Assembly (NCBI RefSeq): GCF_963921235.1 | Contig: NC_086097.1 | Location: 119,228,001-119,292,000 of the forward strand | DNA from: Mobula hypostoma | Taxonomy: Eukaryota | Direction of reading: 5' to 3' | DNA length: 64,000 nucleotides | In this document: positions 11,385 to 24,139 of the stretch, piece after piece | Layout of the letters: each line of letters opens with the position of its first letter | How positions within the stretch are numbered: the first letter of the stretch is position 1 | The notes under the pieces: generated by a model | Database searches by the model: none | What the model was told of the DNA's origin: nothing | What the model saw: only the letters and a program-made list of their open reading frames with translations | Position numbers and translations under genes: made by a program

Positions 11385-13262
11385 TCTCCACAAAATTCAA
11401 GTCCAGAGATCAAGAATACTCTAAGAAGTGCAGGTATAACCTCTGGAATGCCACCTCATGGGCGAAGTGGAAATTCCAGACTGAACTGGAATCAGCGAGG
11501 GATGCTTTACAGCTGTAGCAGGGATGGATGACATAACCTCCTACAAAGATAAATCCTGCGACATAGGGGACAGTAGACCTTAATTTCCACATGAATTCAA
11601 TGCCTTTTATGCTTGCTTTGACTACCAGAACAGGGAGAAACTATTGAGCACCCCCATGTTTCCCTATGATCCTTTGGTCTCAGTATCTTAAGATGACATG
11701 CGGGCTGCCTTCAAGATAGTGAATCCAAGGAAAGCATCTGATCTGGACTGAGTATCTGGCCAAGGACTAAAGACCCGTGCTGACCAACTGGCTGGTGTGT
11801 TCATGGATATTTTCAAACTTTCGTTCTGGCAGTGTCTGGTGCCCACCTGCTTCAAGCAGGCTTCAAACATACCGGTGAGCAAGAAGAGTGTGGTAACCTG
11901 TCTAAATGACTATCGCCCAGTGGCAGTTACATTCACAGTGATGAAGTGTTTTGAGAGGCTGATGTTGAAACGTATTAGCTCCTGTCTGAATGGTGACTTA
12001 GATTTGTTCCAATTTGCCTACTGAAGCAACAGGTCTATAGCAGATGCTATCTCATACCTCACTGGCTCTTCACACCACCCTGGAATATCTGGACATCAAA
12101 GGTGCACATGTCAGGATGCTCTTTATCGATTACAGCTCAACATTTAACACCATCATCCCCTCATAACTAATCAGTGTACTCTAAGACCTAGGCCTCAATA
12201 CCCTCTTATGCAATTGGATCCTGGAGTTTTGTAGACCCCAGTGAGTCCAGATTGGCAAAATCCTCTCCTCCACAATGTCCATCAGCACAGGAGCACCGCA
12301 GCGATGTGTACTTAACCCCCTGCTTTACTCACTTTGCCCCTATCACTGTGTTGCTAAATACAGCTGCAACACCATATACAAGTTCGCTGACGACACCACT
12401 GTATTGGGCTGTATCAAAATGGGTGATGAATCAGCATGCAGGAGGGAGATTGAAAACTTGGCTGGGTGTTATTAACAACAAGCTCTCACTCAATATCAGC
12501 AAGACCAAGGAAATCATTGTAGACTTCAGGAGAAGGAAATCAGAGGTCCAGGAACCAGTAATCATCAAAGGATCAGAGGTGGAGAGGGTCAGTAAATTTA
12601 AATTCCTGGGTGTCACTATCTCAGAGGACCTGTCCTGGACACATCATATAAGTATTATTGTGAAGAAGGTACGACAGCACCTCTACTTGCTCAGGAGTCT
12701 GTGGAGGTTTGGCATGTCATTGAATACCTTGGTAAACTTCTATATATATGTGATGGAAAGTGCGTTGACTGGCTGCATGATGCCTTGGTATGGGATCACC
12801 AATGCCTTTGAGCAGAAGATCCAACAAAAGGTAGTGGGTTCCATCTAATACATCATGGGTAAAACCCTCCCAACTACTGAGCAGATCTACATGAAACATT
12901 ACAGTAGGAAAGCAGCATCCATCATCAAAGATCCTACCACATATGCTCTTTTCTCATTGCTGCCATCAGGTAGAAGGTACAGGCACCTCAGGACTCATAC
13001 CATCTGGTTCAAGAATAATTACTACTCCTCAACCACCAGGCTCTTGAATAAAAGGGGATAGCTACACTTACTTAAGGACTCCGTTATATTGTTATTTCAT
13101 GCTCAATATATACTGCTATCTATTTATATCTGCATTTGCACAGTTTGCTTAACAGTTCCTGATGTTTACAGTTTTGCTAAATTTGGCCCACAGAAAAAGA
13201 ACCTCACAGTTGTATGTTGTGACATATACGTACTCTGTTAATAAATTTTACTTTGAACTTTT
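11385..13262 (+). mobile_element. Rex1/Babar-like LINE, 5'-truncated and frameshifted
   Basis: [63 protein letters not shown]. Tail aataaattttactttgaacttt. Confidence 0.85.
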
Positions 13263-13669
13263 AAAATCTCTGGAAGGAAGCAGAGTAAATAGATGGTCAT
13301 ATTTGTGTTGAAGAAGGAGTCTATCATGGAAGTGCCATGCAGTTGCCAAATTTTCTGAAGGGAAGACCTTCCTTACTCCAACTGTAATAACAATTATTGT
13401 TTGCAACCTCATAGCAATGATATCAAAATTGTATCCACTCTCTCTCCTCATTAATAACTTTTAGGAGTCTTTTAGGAAAGGAAGCTGTTACTCTTATTGT
13501 GCCCTGTCACAATTAATTCCATATACACACAAGGGTTGACAAGAATATCAGAAAGTATAATTTTTGTTTACCTCTTCCATGGCCAACAATTGATTATGCA
13601 CCAAAACAATTCTGGTCCTCAGTAATGCAATTTCTTATTAAGTAATCAAAATACAACGTCCAATAGTTA

Positions 13670-13982
13670 AATGATAGATTGAATTGGGCCTTTCTCACTG
13701 GAATTTACAAGAATGTTGGGGAGATCTCATTGAAATCTACCGAATGTTGAAAGGACTAGATAGAGTGGATGTAAAGAGGATATTTCCTATAGTGCGGGTG
13801 TCCACAGCCTCAAAATTGAGGGGCAATCCTTTAGAACAGATTGGTCAAGGCATCAAAGGTTATGGCGAGAAGGCAGGCGTATGGGGTTGAGTGGATTCAA
13901 GATCTGCCATGATGGAATGGCGGTGCAGATTCAATGGGTTGAATGGCCTAATTATGCTCCAAAGTCTTATGGTCTTATGGTC
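13670..13982 (+). mobile_element. CR1 3' fragment
   Basis: GDLIEIYRMLKGLDRVD and a (TCTTATGG)n-like tail. Confidence 0.75.
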
Positions 13983-15609
13983 TAATACATCAAGTCAACA
14001 TCATTCAGTCAAAGTCCTTTACCTAGCAACAACCAATGACAGCAAAACAAGCCACATTCCTCTCTACTTCCCACCTACCACACACATAAACAGTCTTCTA
14101 ACATTAGGACAGGCATTTTCCTCAGCCTCCAGCAGACTTACGGATTTGCAGAAGCTGGACCCCAGCTTCCCCAGTGGACCTACAGAGGTACACAAACCCA
14201 GGCTCCGGCCATCATGCCTTGACTTCAGAACTTCTGAATGACCTTCAGTCTTCAATTTGGACCTTCAATCAATCTTCGGCTTCAATGTGGACCACTGATC
14301 AACCTTTGGACTTCAATCCAGACCAACATCTGACCTTCTGAAAAATTTGATCAACTACGTGCAGACAACATGAACCAGACAACTACTTAGTCAGCTTGGA
14401 TCAGAAGACCTCTAACGGTGTATTGTACATAAACACAATGGATTTTGGGAAGGGAATTCACAATTTGATATGTCTTCTCTACACAAATCCCAAATTACTT
14501 ATTTATTTATGTTTTATGTATCACTTATTTAGTTATTTGCTCACAAATATACATAAACATGTACTCGTACATTTCTGTGATGAATATGTATTGAAATAGA
14601 AGGACAAATGCTTCTTACTGAAGTCTATATCAGCAGCAGAATGAGGTATATTCTTCTTTTTAATTCAATTTTGAAACTCGCAATATGCTTCTGTGGGTTT
14701 CTATGAAACATGAGAATGTCTACAAGATATGAAAAAGAAAGAAAAACTGAGAACCCATATGAGGAGATAAACATTATGAGGTCTTCCAGACAAATAATGA
14801 AGAAAGGTTCTGAATTATTCTGATCACACCTCTAACCATCTAGTAAGCTCCTCATTAGGGAGACAAAAGGAACATTGTGATTCTTGCTAATCAACCCAGT
14901 TCCATTTGGAAGAAGATACGTTAAAGCTTTGTAGTAATTTGAATAATTAATACACAAATAAATTCTTAAGAGGTCAAATAATAATTCAGGATTAATTTAG
15001 ATATAAGGAAATCTATTTTAAAAATTATTGCAGGTACTATTTACAATGTAATAATGAAAACAGGTCCATAATGCATTGGTCGTCTTTGTCTAAGTTTTAC
15101 ACCTGTTAGTTCTTATTAATCAGTCATTTGCTGAAAATTGATCACATTGATTGAGTGCTTCTCTTTCCAATTGATGAACATGGTTGTCTCTTGCTCTGGC
15201 ACATTGAAGCTGACATTTGTACAGCTAATCATAACCCCAGATGAATGCAACTGCTGGTACAAAGCTGTGAACTCTCTCCTGTAAATCCATGTTGATTGAC
15301 CTTCAGCTGGAGCTGGAGTCATGGCTAAGAAAGGCTCAGATCTTCTGTGAGAGCATGTCAAAAGAGATAATTGTATCCCAAAGCAACTAGGCCAAAAAGA
15401 AACATGTGGCCATTTGGTAAACTAGAAGGAGCCAGGGGCATCCCACTCTCAGAAAGATATAATGACATAATTAATAAAAGAGGAGGAAATCAGCAAATAA
15501 ATCAGATTCTCTCAGTATAAACCAGGAATTTTTGACCTTTCACACCAAAACCCTGCTTCGGGACATGCACCTCCATAATTATTTTGGATGCTGATGGTAA
15601 GGTGGCATC

Positions 15610-16095
15610 ACAGGCAAATGCAACCAAGTTCAGTAATGGGGGATTCAACAGCAAGGGAAATAGGCAGGCATATCTGTGGGCACCAGTTTGACTCTAGATT
15701 TGTATATACCTCACTGATGCTAAATTCAAGGATGCCACAGAGTGACTGCAGGTCATTCTAAACAGGGAGGTGAACAGCCAATGATCCTGATACATATTGG
15801 CAGCAAAGACATCAACTGGAAAAAAAGAAGCTATCCGACAAGCTGAATGTAGCAAGTTAAAAGATAAATAAATAAAAACAGGGCCACAGGGTTGGTAACA
15901 TCAGGCTTATTTCCAGTACCACTTACTAGTGTAAGCTGAACTAAGAAGATAGTGGCTGGAGAGTTGGTGTTGGACAATGAGATTTGGATTCCTGAGGTTT
16001 TGGGCAAGGCGGAAGCGGTACAGGCTGGATGGGTTACACCCATGTAAGAACTGGGTAAACACCCTCTCAAAGGTGTTTGCTTGTGCTGTTGGGAA
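15610..16095 (+). mobile_element. Highly decayed CR1 ORF1 (esterase) remnant
   Basis: catattggcagcaaagacat (GTND-like motif) and RYRLDGLHP similarity to the ORF1 at 9900-10075 and 30112-30430. Confidence 0.5.
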
Positions 16096-16097
16096 AC

Positions 16098-16390
16098 ACA
16101 GTGGCATAGCAGTTAGCACAATGCTTTACAGCACAAGCTGTAGAATTGGGGTTCAATTCCTGCTGATGCCTGTAATGAGTTTGTATTCTCCCTGTGACTG
16201 TATGGGTTTACTCAGGCTGCTCCAGGTTCCTCCCACATTCCAAAGATGTAGGGGTAGGGTTAGTTAGTTGTGGGCATGGCATCTTGGCACCAACACTTGC
16301 AGGCTCCTCAGCACAATTCTTAATAATTTGATATTACACAAGTGGTACATTTCACTGTATATTTCAATGTACATGTGACAAGTAAAGAAA
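16098..16390 (+). mobile_element. tRNA-derived SINE
   Basis: gtggcatagcagttagcac head, ggttcaattcc B-box, gagtttgtattctccctgtgac core. Confidence 0.7.
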
Positions 16391-16404
16391 TGCCTTCAAA
16401 CAGA

Positions 16405-17053
16405 TGTAATGGCCTGGTTCACATCTTTACTGTTGTGCTGTAGGTATTTCATTTAGCAGCTCTGTAAGAGCAGTCTGTTCTGCTGTCAGCCTGTTTGGGT
16501 TATTGTTGAAGATACGGGATGATGTGGAACGTGTGCCATCCAATCAGCGGGAGGTTTTCTTGGTGAGGGACAATAAGGTTGGTCTTGGGCATTTGTCTGA
16601 GTGGAGATGAAGAGAGAAGACGCTGGGGAGAACCCGTTGCAGCATACGATCGGGTAGGAGACCCGTTTCTTTGAGACGAATTGGGAGTGACATTCAGAAG
16701 GTGGTGTGTGCTTTCACGTTGACCGAGGATTCCAGCGTGTGAGCGACAGAGAAGTTCAGGCTGAGCTCCAACTTGTGCACGTTTGACTGTTTAACTAGAC
16801 TGGGACCTTTTCTTTTTGTTATTCTTTACTAAATCTTTAGTTAGGTTAATATTCATAAATCTAATTCCTTTAATTGTATGCAGTGTACTGTTTGTTATTT
16901 TGTGGCACTAATTTGTAACAGGGGTAGCAAATTACACAGCATCCACACAAACCGAGGTTTGGGGAGGGACAAGCCATCTCAATCTCACATGCTTGGTGGG
17001 TCTTGACAGTGTCTTCCCTAGACTTGCGCAGCCAGAGAAACCTGAGTGTTTCA
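16405..17053 (+). mobile_element. Solo LTR (Gypsy-type) with 4-bp TSD
   Basis: TGTAA...TTTCA termini. CAGA at 16401-16404 and 17054-17057. Its 5' end resembles the reverse complement of the end at 21913. Confidence 0.75.
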
Positions 17054-17094
17054 CAGATTCATAGCAGGAGTTAGAGGAGAGGGAGACCATGGTA

Positions 17095-18257
17095 GTAGCT
17101 ACATTATTAAGTACAGAGTGAAACCAGGAGTGGTCTTCTGCTTTAGCCCATCCACTTCAAGGTTCAACATGTTCTGCATTCACAGATGCTCTTCTGCTCA
17201 CTACTGCTGTAACTCATGATTATTTGAGTTATTGTCTACCTCCTGCCAGCTTGAACCAGTCTGGCCATTCTCTTCCTCATTAATTAGATTAGATTATGAG
17301 GACACGCAGTCCTCTTTTATTGTCATTCAGTAATGCATACATTAAGAAATGATACAATGTTTTTCCAGAATGATATCACAGAAACTCATGACAAACCAAG
17401 ACTGAAAAATTGACAAAAACCACATAATTATAACATATAGTTACAACAGCACAAAGCAATGCTGTAATTTGATAAGAACAGACCATGGGCACAGTAAAAG
17501 TCTCAAAGTTTCTCGGAAGTCCCATCATCTCACGCAGACGGTAATCCTCCAGCACCGCAGGATGCAGCATCCTGGAAGCATCCGACCACAGTCTGACTCC
17601 GAGTCTTCCGAAAACTCCGAGCCTCCGACCAGCTCTCCGACACCGAGCACCGAGCACCATCTCTACTGAGCACTTCGACCCCAGCCCCAGCAACAGGCAA
17701 TAGGCAAAGCCAAGGATTCGGGGCCTTCCCCTCTGGAGATTCTCGCTCACACAGCAGCAGTGGCAGCGAAGCAGGCATCTCAGAAGTTTCTCCAGATGTT
17801 CCGCCGTGCTTCTTCATGTCTGTCTCCATCAAATCAGGATTGTGCACGGCACCCTACTTCACAGATGCGATATCATTCGGAATGTCTGCGCGCTGTGTCG
17901 CGCCGCCATCTTCTCCTTAATAAGGCACTTTTCACTCACAGAACTACTGCTCACTGGATGTTCTTTCTTGCAGCATTCGCTGTAAACTCCAGGGTCTGTT
18001 TTACGTGAAAATCCTAGGAGATGTGCAGTATCTGAGATACTCAAACCACCCCATCTGGCACCCACATCATTCCACAGTCGAAATCACTTGAATTTCATTT
18101 CGTCCCCCATTCCGATGTTTAGTCTGAACAACAAATGAACCTTCTGATCACGTCTGCATGCTTTTATGCATTGAGTTACTGCCACATGATTGGCTGATTA
18201 GATATTTCCATTAACGAGCAGGTGAACAGGTGTACTTAATACAGTGGCCATTGAGTG
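17095..18257. mobile_element. Tc1-like non-autonomous DNA transposon interrupted by a retroelement
   Basis: Right TIR ...cagtggccattgagtg-TA. Body matches 23173-23607 and 27868-28312. Confidence 0.7.
17285..17916 (-). mobile_element. Complete 632-bp non-autonomous retroelement with YY1-motif head, (AATCT)n tail and TTAAT TSD
   Basis: Starts ggagAAGATGGCGGCG and ends aataaaagaggactgcgtgtcctcataatctaatcta. TTAAT at 17280-17284 and 17917-17921. Confidence 0.78.
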
Positions 18258-18339
18258 TAAATAATGTAAAGTAAAAGAGAAATGCTGGAGATAAAAAGTC
18301 AAGACCAAATAAAACCATAATGTATCCAACTGATGAAGC

Positions 18340-19630
18340 CAAAGTTGTGTTCCCTGGCCTTGAACACTTAATGATCAAATGCTGTCTGTTCTATTTACCT
18401 TGGGAGTTCTCCTCCATAATCCTAACCACAGTTCATGTATTCCCAACGACTGACAATAATCATGTGCTTGAGATACTGCATATTGCCATCTCCAAACAAG
18501 AAACAGTCCACTCCGATGCACTTCAAATCATAGTCAGAAACTTCAACCAGGGTACTCTGAAGAAAACCCTGCCCAATTACCATCAGCATCTAACCTGTAG
18601 CACCAAAGGTCCCAAGATACTAGACCACTGTTATACCAAGATAAGGAAATCTGATCACTTGGCTGTCCTTCTCCTATCTGCATTGCATGCAGGCAGAGGC
18701 TCAAGAGCAAAATTCCAGATAACAAAGCAGTGGTTGTGGGAGCAGAGGAGCAGCTATGGGATTGCTTCGAGCCAGTGGACTGGGTCGTGTTCAAGAACAT
18801 ATGTGAATCTGATTGAATATACTATGGTTGCCATGAACTTTATAAAAACAGCCATAGGCAAGTGTGTCCCCACAAAATCATTCAGTGTCTTCTCCAACCA
18901 GAAGCCTTGGATGAACCATGAGATCCATAATCTGCTGAGGGCCAGATCAGAGGCACTCAAGTCTGGTTTAATGCCAAGAAGTTACCAGCAGTCCAGGTAT
19001 GATCTCTGGAAAGCTATTTTATGGGTGAAGTGGCAATTCTGCACTAAATTTGAATCAACGAAGGATGCTCGACAATTATGGCAGGGCTTGAATGCTATCA
19101 CCTGCTATAAAGTTAAGCCTTCTGTGCATGATTTAACCAATGTAACATGGAGGAACCATCAGGTGCACCACAAGGCTGTGTGCTTAGCCCCCTGCTCTAC
19201 TTGCTTCATACCAGTGACTGTGTGGCTAAGCACAGCTGCAATGCTATATTGAAGTTTGCTGACGACACCACTGTTGTGTGCCAAATCAAAGGTAGGATGA
19301 ATCAGCATACAGAAGGAAGATTGAAAATTCGGCTGAGCGTTTCCGTGACAACCTCTCACTCAATGTCAGCAGGACCAAGGAACTGATTATAGACTCCCGG
19401 AGAGAGAAACCAGAGGTCCATGAGCCAGTCCTCATCAGAGGATCGGAGGTGGATAGGGTGTTACTATTTTGGAGGACCTCTTCTGGATCCAGCATGTAAG
19501 TGCAATTACAAAAAAGTTTAGCAGCTCCACTTTGTTAGGAGTCTGCAGAGATGAGTCATGATATCTAAAACTTTGACAAATTTCTATAGATGTGTAGTGG
19601 AGAGTGTATTGTCTATCTGCCTCACTGGCA
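18340..19630 (+). mobile_element. Rex1/Babar-like LINE, internally deleted
   Basis: Endonuclease C-half (LDHCYT..KSDHLAV) and NQKPWM, then a jump to GAPQGCVLSPLL..KFADDTT. Confidence 0.8.
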
Positions 19631-19834
19631 GTATGTTCCAAATTCAAACCACCCTCTGGGTGAAATATTCTTCTCCAAATCCCCCCTAAAACTCCTTCCC
19701 CTTATTTTAAATCTATGCCCTTTATATTGTTTTTAAAAAAGCTCTGCAGTGGAGAGAAATTTCTAATTATTTATCTATCCGGCTCTGTCAGATCCTTTTC
19801 AACCTTTTACTCTCCAAGGAAAACAAGCCAACCA

Positions 19835-19990
19835 ACACACACAAAATGCTGAAGGACCTTAGCAGGCCAGGCAGCATCTATGGAAAAAAGTACAGCTGAC
19901 ATTTCGGGCCGCGATCCTTCGGCAGAACTGGAGAAAAAAAGATGAAGACTAGATTTAAAAGGTAGGGAAGGGAGAGAGAAACACAAGGTG
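19835..19990 (-). mobile_element. Penelope-like terminal repeat fragment within a CR1 3' remnant
   Basis: Minus strand ctgccgaaggatcgcggcccgaaatgtc...atagatgctgcctggcctgct. Confidence 0.65.
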
Positions 19991-20589
19991 AAGTCTCTCT
20001 TCATAACTGAAAGGCTTCATCCCAAGCAACTGTGGCAGATGCAGCAAGACAAAGTTAGGATAAAAGATAGTGTCCGGGCAAGGACAGTTTACAGTCAACC
20101 TGGGCAAGAAAGGCCTATAAAGAAAGTTCTTTGAAGAGGACAGCAGGAAACATGAAACATGGAGCATACGGAGACAAGTTAAAGATGCAAACGAAGGATT
20201 CTAGAGTGAAACTTACTATTGCTCAGTTACTTTACTGATTCTGAAGTACAATTGGCCTTTAGTGTGGAGATTCCATTGGCTGTTAATACCTGTATTACTG
20301 TAGTATGATTGGTGATTGATTATTCAAATTAGGAATTTGAACATATATAACGTTGCCAATTCATCAATATCTGTATCGAACTATTTAATTCTGTATAAAA
20401 ATGGTGTTTCCTTTTTAAAAATTTAGAACAGTTTGTTGACAAGGGACCACACTGTTCTTCCTGTGCACAAGTAAGCAATGTGTGATTGAGGAACTAGTTG
20501 AGTTTTCAGAGTCCATTTACTCGACAATGACATAAATTCCTTGCTGAATCTCCTCTGCTTCCTCTCTAGTTCAATGATACGAAACTAGT

Positions 20590-22130
20590 GCAGGGCAAGC
20601 TGTGAAGATATAAGCAGTTTAAAGACAGATGTAGTCAGGTTAAATGATTGGTCAAAGGTTTGACAAATGGATAATAATGTAGGAAGATGTGGTTAATCAT
20701 TTTGGAGTAAAGATGATAAAATAGGCCTCAGCCTGAAACATTGACTGTTTACTCTTTTCCCTAAATGCTGCCTGACCTGCTAAGTTCCTTCAGCATTTTG
20801 TATGTTTTTCTTTGGAATTCCAGCTTCTGCAGTTTTTCTCCTGTTTGTGATAAAAAAAAAGGTTATTATTTAAATAGAGGAAGCTGCCACACAAGGAGAT
20901 TGGGGAGTCATTGTATGTGAAACACAATAAGGTAGCATAAAGGTGCTGTGGATTATCAAGAAGACTGCTGTGATGCTGTCTATTTTAAAGGGTTTGAAGT
21001 ATAAAAGCATTATATTGCATTTGCACAGGAGCTAGTGAGACCACAGCGAGATTTCTTTATAGAGCTTTTAGTTTCTTCGGCTAACTAAATGTAACCCTCA
21101 CACAGGGGCTCATATACAAACTTGGCTTGTTAGCTAGCTTTGCTAACAGCCACAGGACTTAGCGGTGAGAAGGCCACCTTTCATAAACAATATACATTAA
21201 GGTTCGGTATGATTTAGGGTTCAACCAAACAGGAACATCAAGATGTTCTGATGAAAGGAACCACAATTTGAGTGAATGCTGCCCATAAACAGTTATGGAT
21301 AGCCCAGAAATGATAGATAGTATAAAGTTATAAAGAAAGTATATTTATCAAATGTTAAACTCTAACGAACAGTTATACAAAAATAAAATGGCCCTTTTAC
21401 AGTTAAACCAGTCCGATGTGCACATAAACGTTGGAGCTCATCCTGGAGCATTCAGGGGCGTATCTCTTTACTCTCATGCTGGTCCCACAGTCTGTGTGAA
21501 AGCACCCACCACATTCCGAACTCCCCTCAAAGATCATCACTTTCTCTCAGGAGCATTGGTCCTTCCTCCTTGATGCCATTCATCTGCACAGAACACTTCT
21601 TATAACGGGGACTCTCCATCCAACAGCATTCTGTGGGATCTCCTCTTGTGCCCTGCCCCAGAGCTCCCACCAAAAGACCACAAACCAGAATACTATCCTT
21701 CAGAAAATTCTTCCCTGCTGCTCTCTAGAACCTCCTCTGACATCCCACAATCCTGTTTGGCTGACATCCTAAGTTGGGTCCAACTCATATGAGTTGGACA
21801 ACATGGCTCCTTATCTTTAGCCGAAGCCAAAATGCTCTTTCCTGTATGGCACACTGCCATTACAGAGAACTACCTCACAGTACAGAAGGAGAAATCTTAA
21901 CCAGGGCATTACATAAAGATACATTATCATTGAAAGTAATTCAGGGATATTTGACCAGGATGATCCCAGGGATCAAACAATGAGGAAACAATAAAGAATT
22001 TGGGTCTGTACTCCTTGGTAAATAAGAGGTGATTCTATTGCAACATACAAGAGTGCCTGAGTGGATGAATCTTGGGATGATATTTCCACTCATGGGATAG
22101 TCTTGTATCAGTGGGAATATTCTCAGAATA
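20590..22130 (+). mobile_element. Old CR1 3' region split by a solo LTR and a small Penelope fragment (about 20720-20845)
   Basis: Degenerate WQM..N..KC and L.RP.LE-type sequence continues across the LTR. Confidence 0.5.
21090..21913 (-). mobile_element. Solo LTR with 4-bp TSD
   Basis: TGTAA...TTACA termini. TAAA at 21086-21089 and 21914-21917. Confidence 0.8.
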
Positions 22131-22837
22131 AAGAAGAACGCTGCATTTCATTCCTATTATAGTATATTTCTACATGAGCTGTGCAGAGCATAGGATTCCA
22201 TAAACAATCAAGGAAATGTACCCGGAGATTTCTCCAGAGCTGCTGGGGACACCATCAATGGCTTTCCTCCTTGCATATCTGAGAGAGACCATTCACTCCA
22301 CTGGTTTGGTTGCCAAAGGCATAAGGAAGGCACTTACCACAACTACTTCTTCATCACAGATCAGAAGAGGTTGGGGACAGGAAGACACTTCATGACAGCT
22401 GACTGACATTCTAATGCACATCTACAGAAAACATTCATTTGTGGTTGCCCCTCCAACCTCTTCCCAACTGCATGTCAATGATTGCGACACTGGCAGGACA
22501 TATAGGAGGGAGATTAAAGATCTCAAAGTTCAAATTTCAAGGTTCAGAGTAAATTTATTATCAAAGTACCTTAAGTCACCATAAACAACCCAGGCATTCA
22601 TTTTCTTGTGGGCATTGACAGTAACTATCAGAGACACAATAGAATCATTGAAACACCACACCCAACAGGATTGACAAACAATCAAGGTGCAAAAGACAAC
22701 AAACTGTGCAATTACAGGAAGAAAAGAAATTGTGGGTGCAGCTCAGTCCATCCCAGGAAATACTGCCCACAATTATATCTACAAGGAGGGCTGCCTCTTG
22801 AAAGCAGCATCCATCACCAAGGACCTCCATAATCTAG

Positions 22838-23040
22838 GTCCTCCCTGTGGAGAACATGGGTTTTCCCCATGTGCTCCAGTTTCCCCACACAGTCCAAAGT
22901 CACATTGGGTAGGTTAATTGGTCATTGAAAATTGTCCTGTGATTAGGTAAGGGTTAATTGAGTTTGCGGGGTTGCTGAGGTGGCATGACTTAAAAGGTTG
23001 GAAGGACCCACTCTGTGCTGTATCGGTAAATTAATAAACA
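22838..23040 (+). mobile_element. SINE 3' half with CR1-like tail
   Basis: aggttaattggtcattg core and ...ctctgtgctgtatc tail, similar to 44622-44895. Confidence 0.6.
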
Positions 23041-23172
23041 AATATGTAAAAAAATTATTACTCCTTCTACACTGGTTATCAAAACATATTTAGCAGAACA
23101 TTCAACGCTGTTGGATATTAGACCTGGCATCTGGTATCAATGATAAAGCAACTCCCTCCTAAAGTTATTGTA

Positions 23173-23607
23173 CGCTCAGTGGCCACTTTATTAAGTACCT
23201 TGTAATAAAACTGACCTTTCTCATTAACAAGGCACTTTCGTCTACAGAACTGCCGCTCACTGAAATTTTTTTTTAATATTTTCTTACCATTGTCTGTAAA
23301 CTCTAGAGATTGCTGTGCATGAAAATCCCAGAAAACTCTAGAGACTGTTGTCTGAAAACCCCAGAAGATCTGCAGTTTCTGAGATACTCAAACCACCCTA
23401 TCTGGCACCAACAATCATTCCACATTTTAAGTCACTTAGATCAAATTTCTTCTCCTTTTAGATATTTGGTCAGAACAACAATTGAACCTCTTGCCCATGT
23501 CCTCATGCTTTTATGCATTGTTGGGGCCTCTTGAGTGGCTGATTAGATATTTCTATTAATACGCAGATGTTCAGGTGTGGTATACCTAATAAAATGGCCA
23601 CTGAGTG
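23173..23607. mobile_element. Tc1-like MITE
   Basis: TIRs (TA)cgctcagtggccactttattaagtac and cctaataaaatggccactgagtg. Internal duplication of about 34 bp at 23299-23367. Confidence 0.8.
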
Positions 23608-24004
23608 ATTATTGAAGTAACAAATTGCTTCATTGAGTTTAATTTGGAAATTGATGCTTAATTTATCATCATAGCTCCAGAATACAATTTATTGTAACTT
23701 AGAGTATGATTCCACACTAGGAAAAATCCATTAACAACATGTAGCATTACAAAAAGATTCAATATGGTAAAGTTAAAATTGTAAATGCACCAAGGACACA
23801 AATCCTGAATGTTTGGCACAAAATATTCATATAATATTGAAATTTTCATTCTGAACTGAATATCTCCTTGGATTAAAATAAAAAATATTACAGTCTGTGT
23901 TATTGATTGCAGAGTGTGGAATTCAAATTTACTCCATACCTAATAAATTTGTAATAAGGGAGATTGTGAGTTCAAGAATTGAATCAAGGGTAGGAGAATC
24001 ATTT

Positions 24005-24108
24005 ACTCACCTGTGAGGTTGCAAGAGAAAGAAGCAGGTACTACCAGGAAACAACTTTGTGGAAGATTTCCTGGTCTTAATGGAAATTGTGGCACCTATC
24101 CTTTTATA
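24005..24108 (-). promoter_or_regulatory. Candidate TATA promoter, short first exon and 5' splice site
   Basis: TATAAAAG at 24108-24101, CCATT initiator-like site with A at 24081, CAG|GTGAGT donor at 24011/24010. Confidence 0.45.
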
Positions 24109-24139
24109 GTACAGGGAGGATGTCAAGATTGTTTAATGT

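Noticed and set aside
14619..14719. Minus-strand exon with a strong acceptor
   Set aside because: Stops in all three frames and a weak donor; no support beyond the motif.
18320..19252. 310-aa ORF as a host gene
   Set aside because: It is decayed Rex1-like endonuclease and linker with internal frame drift.
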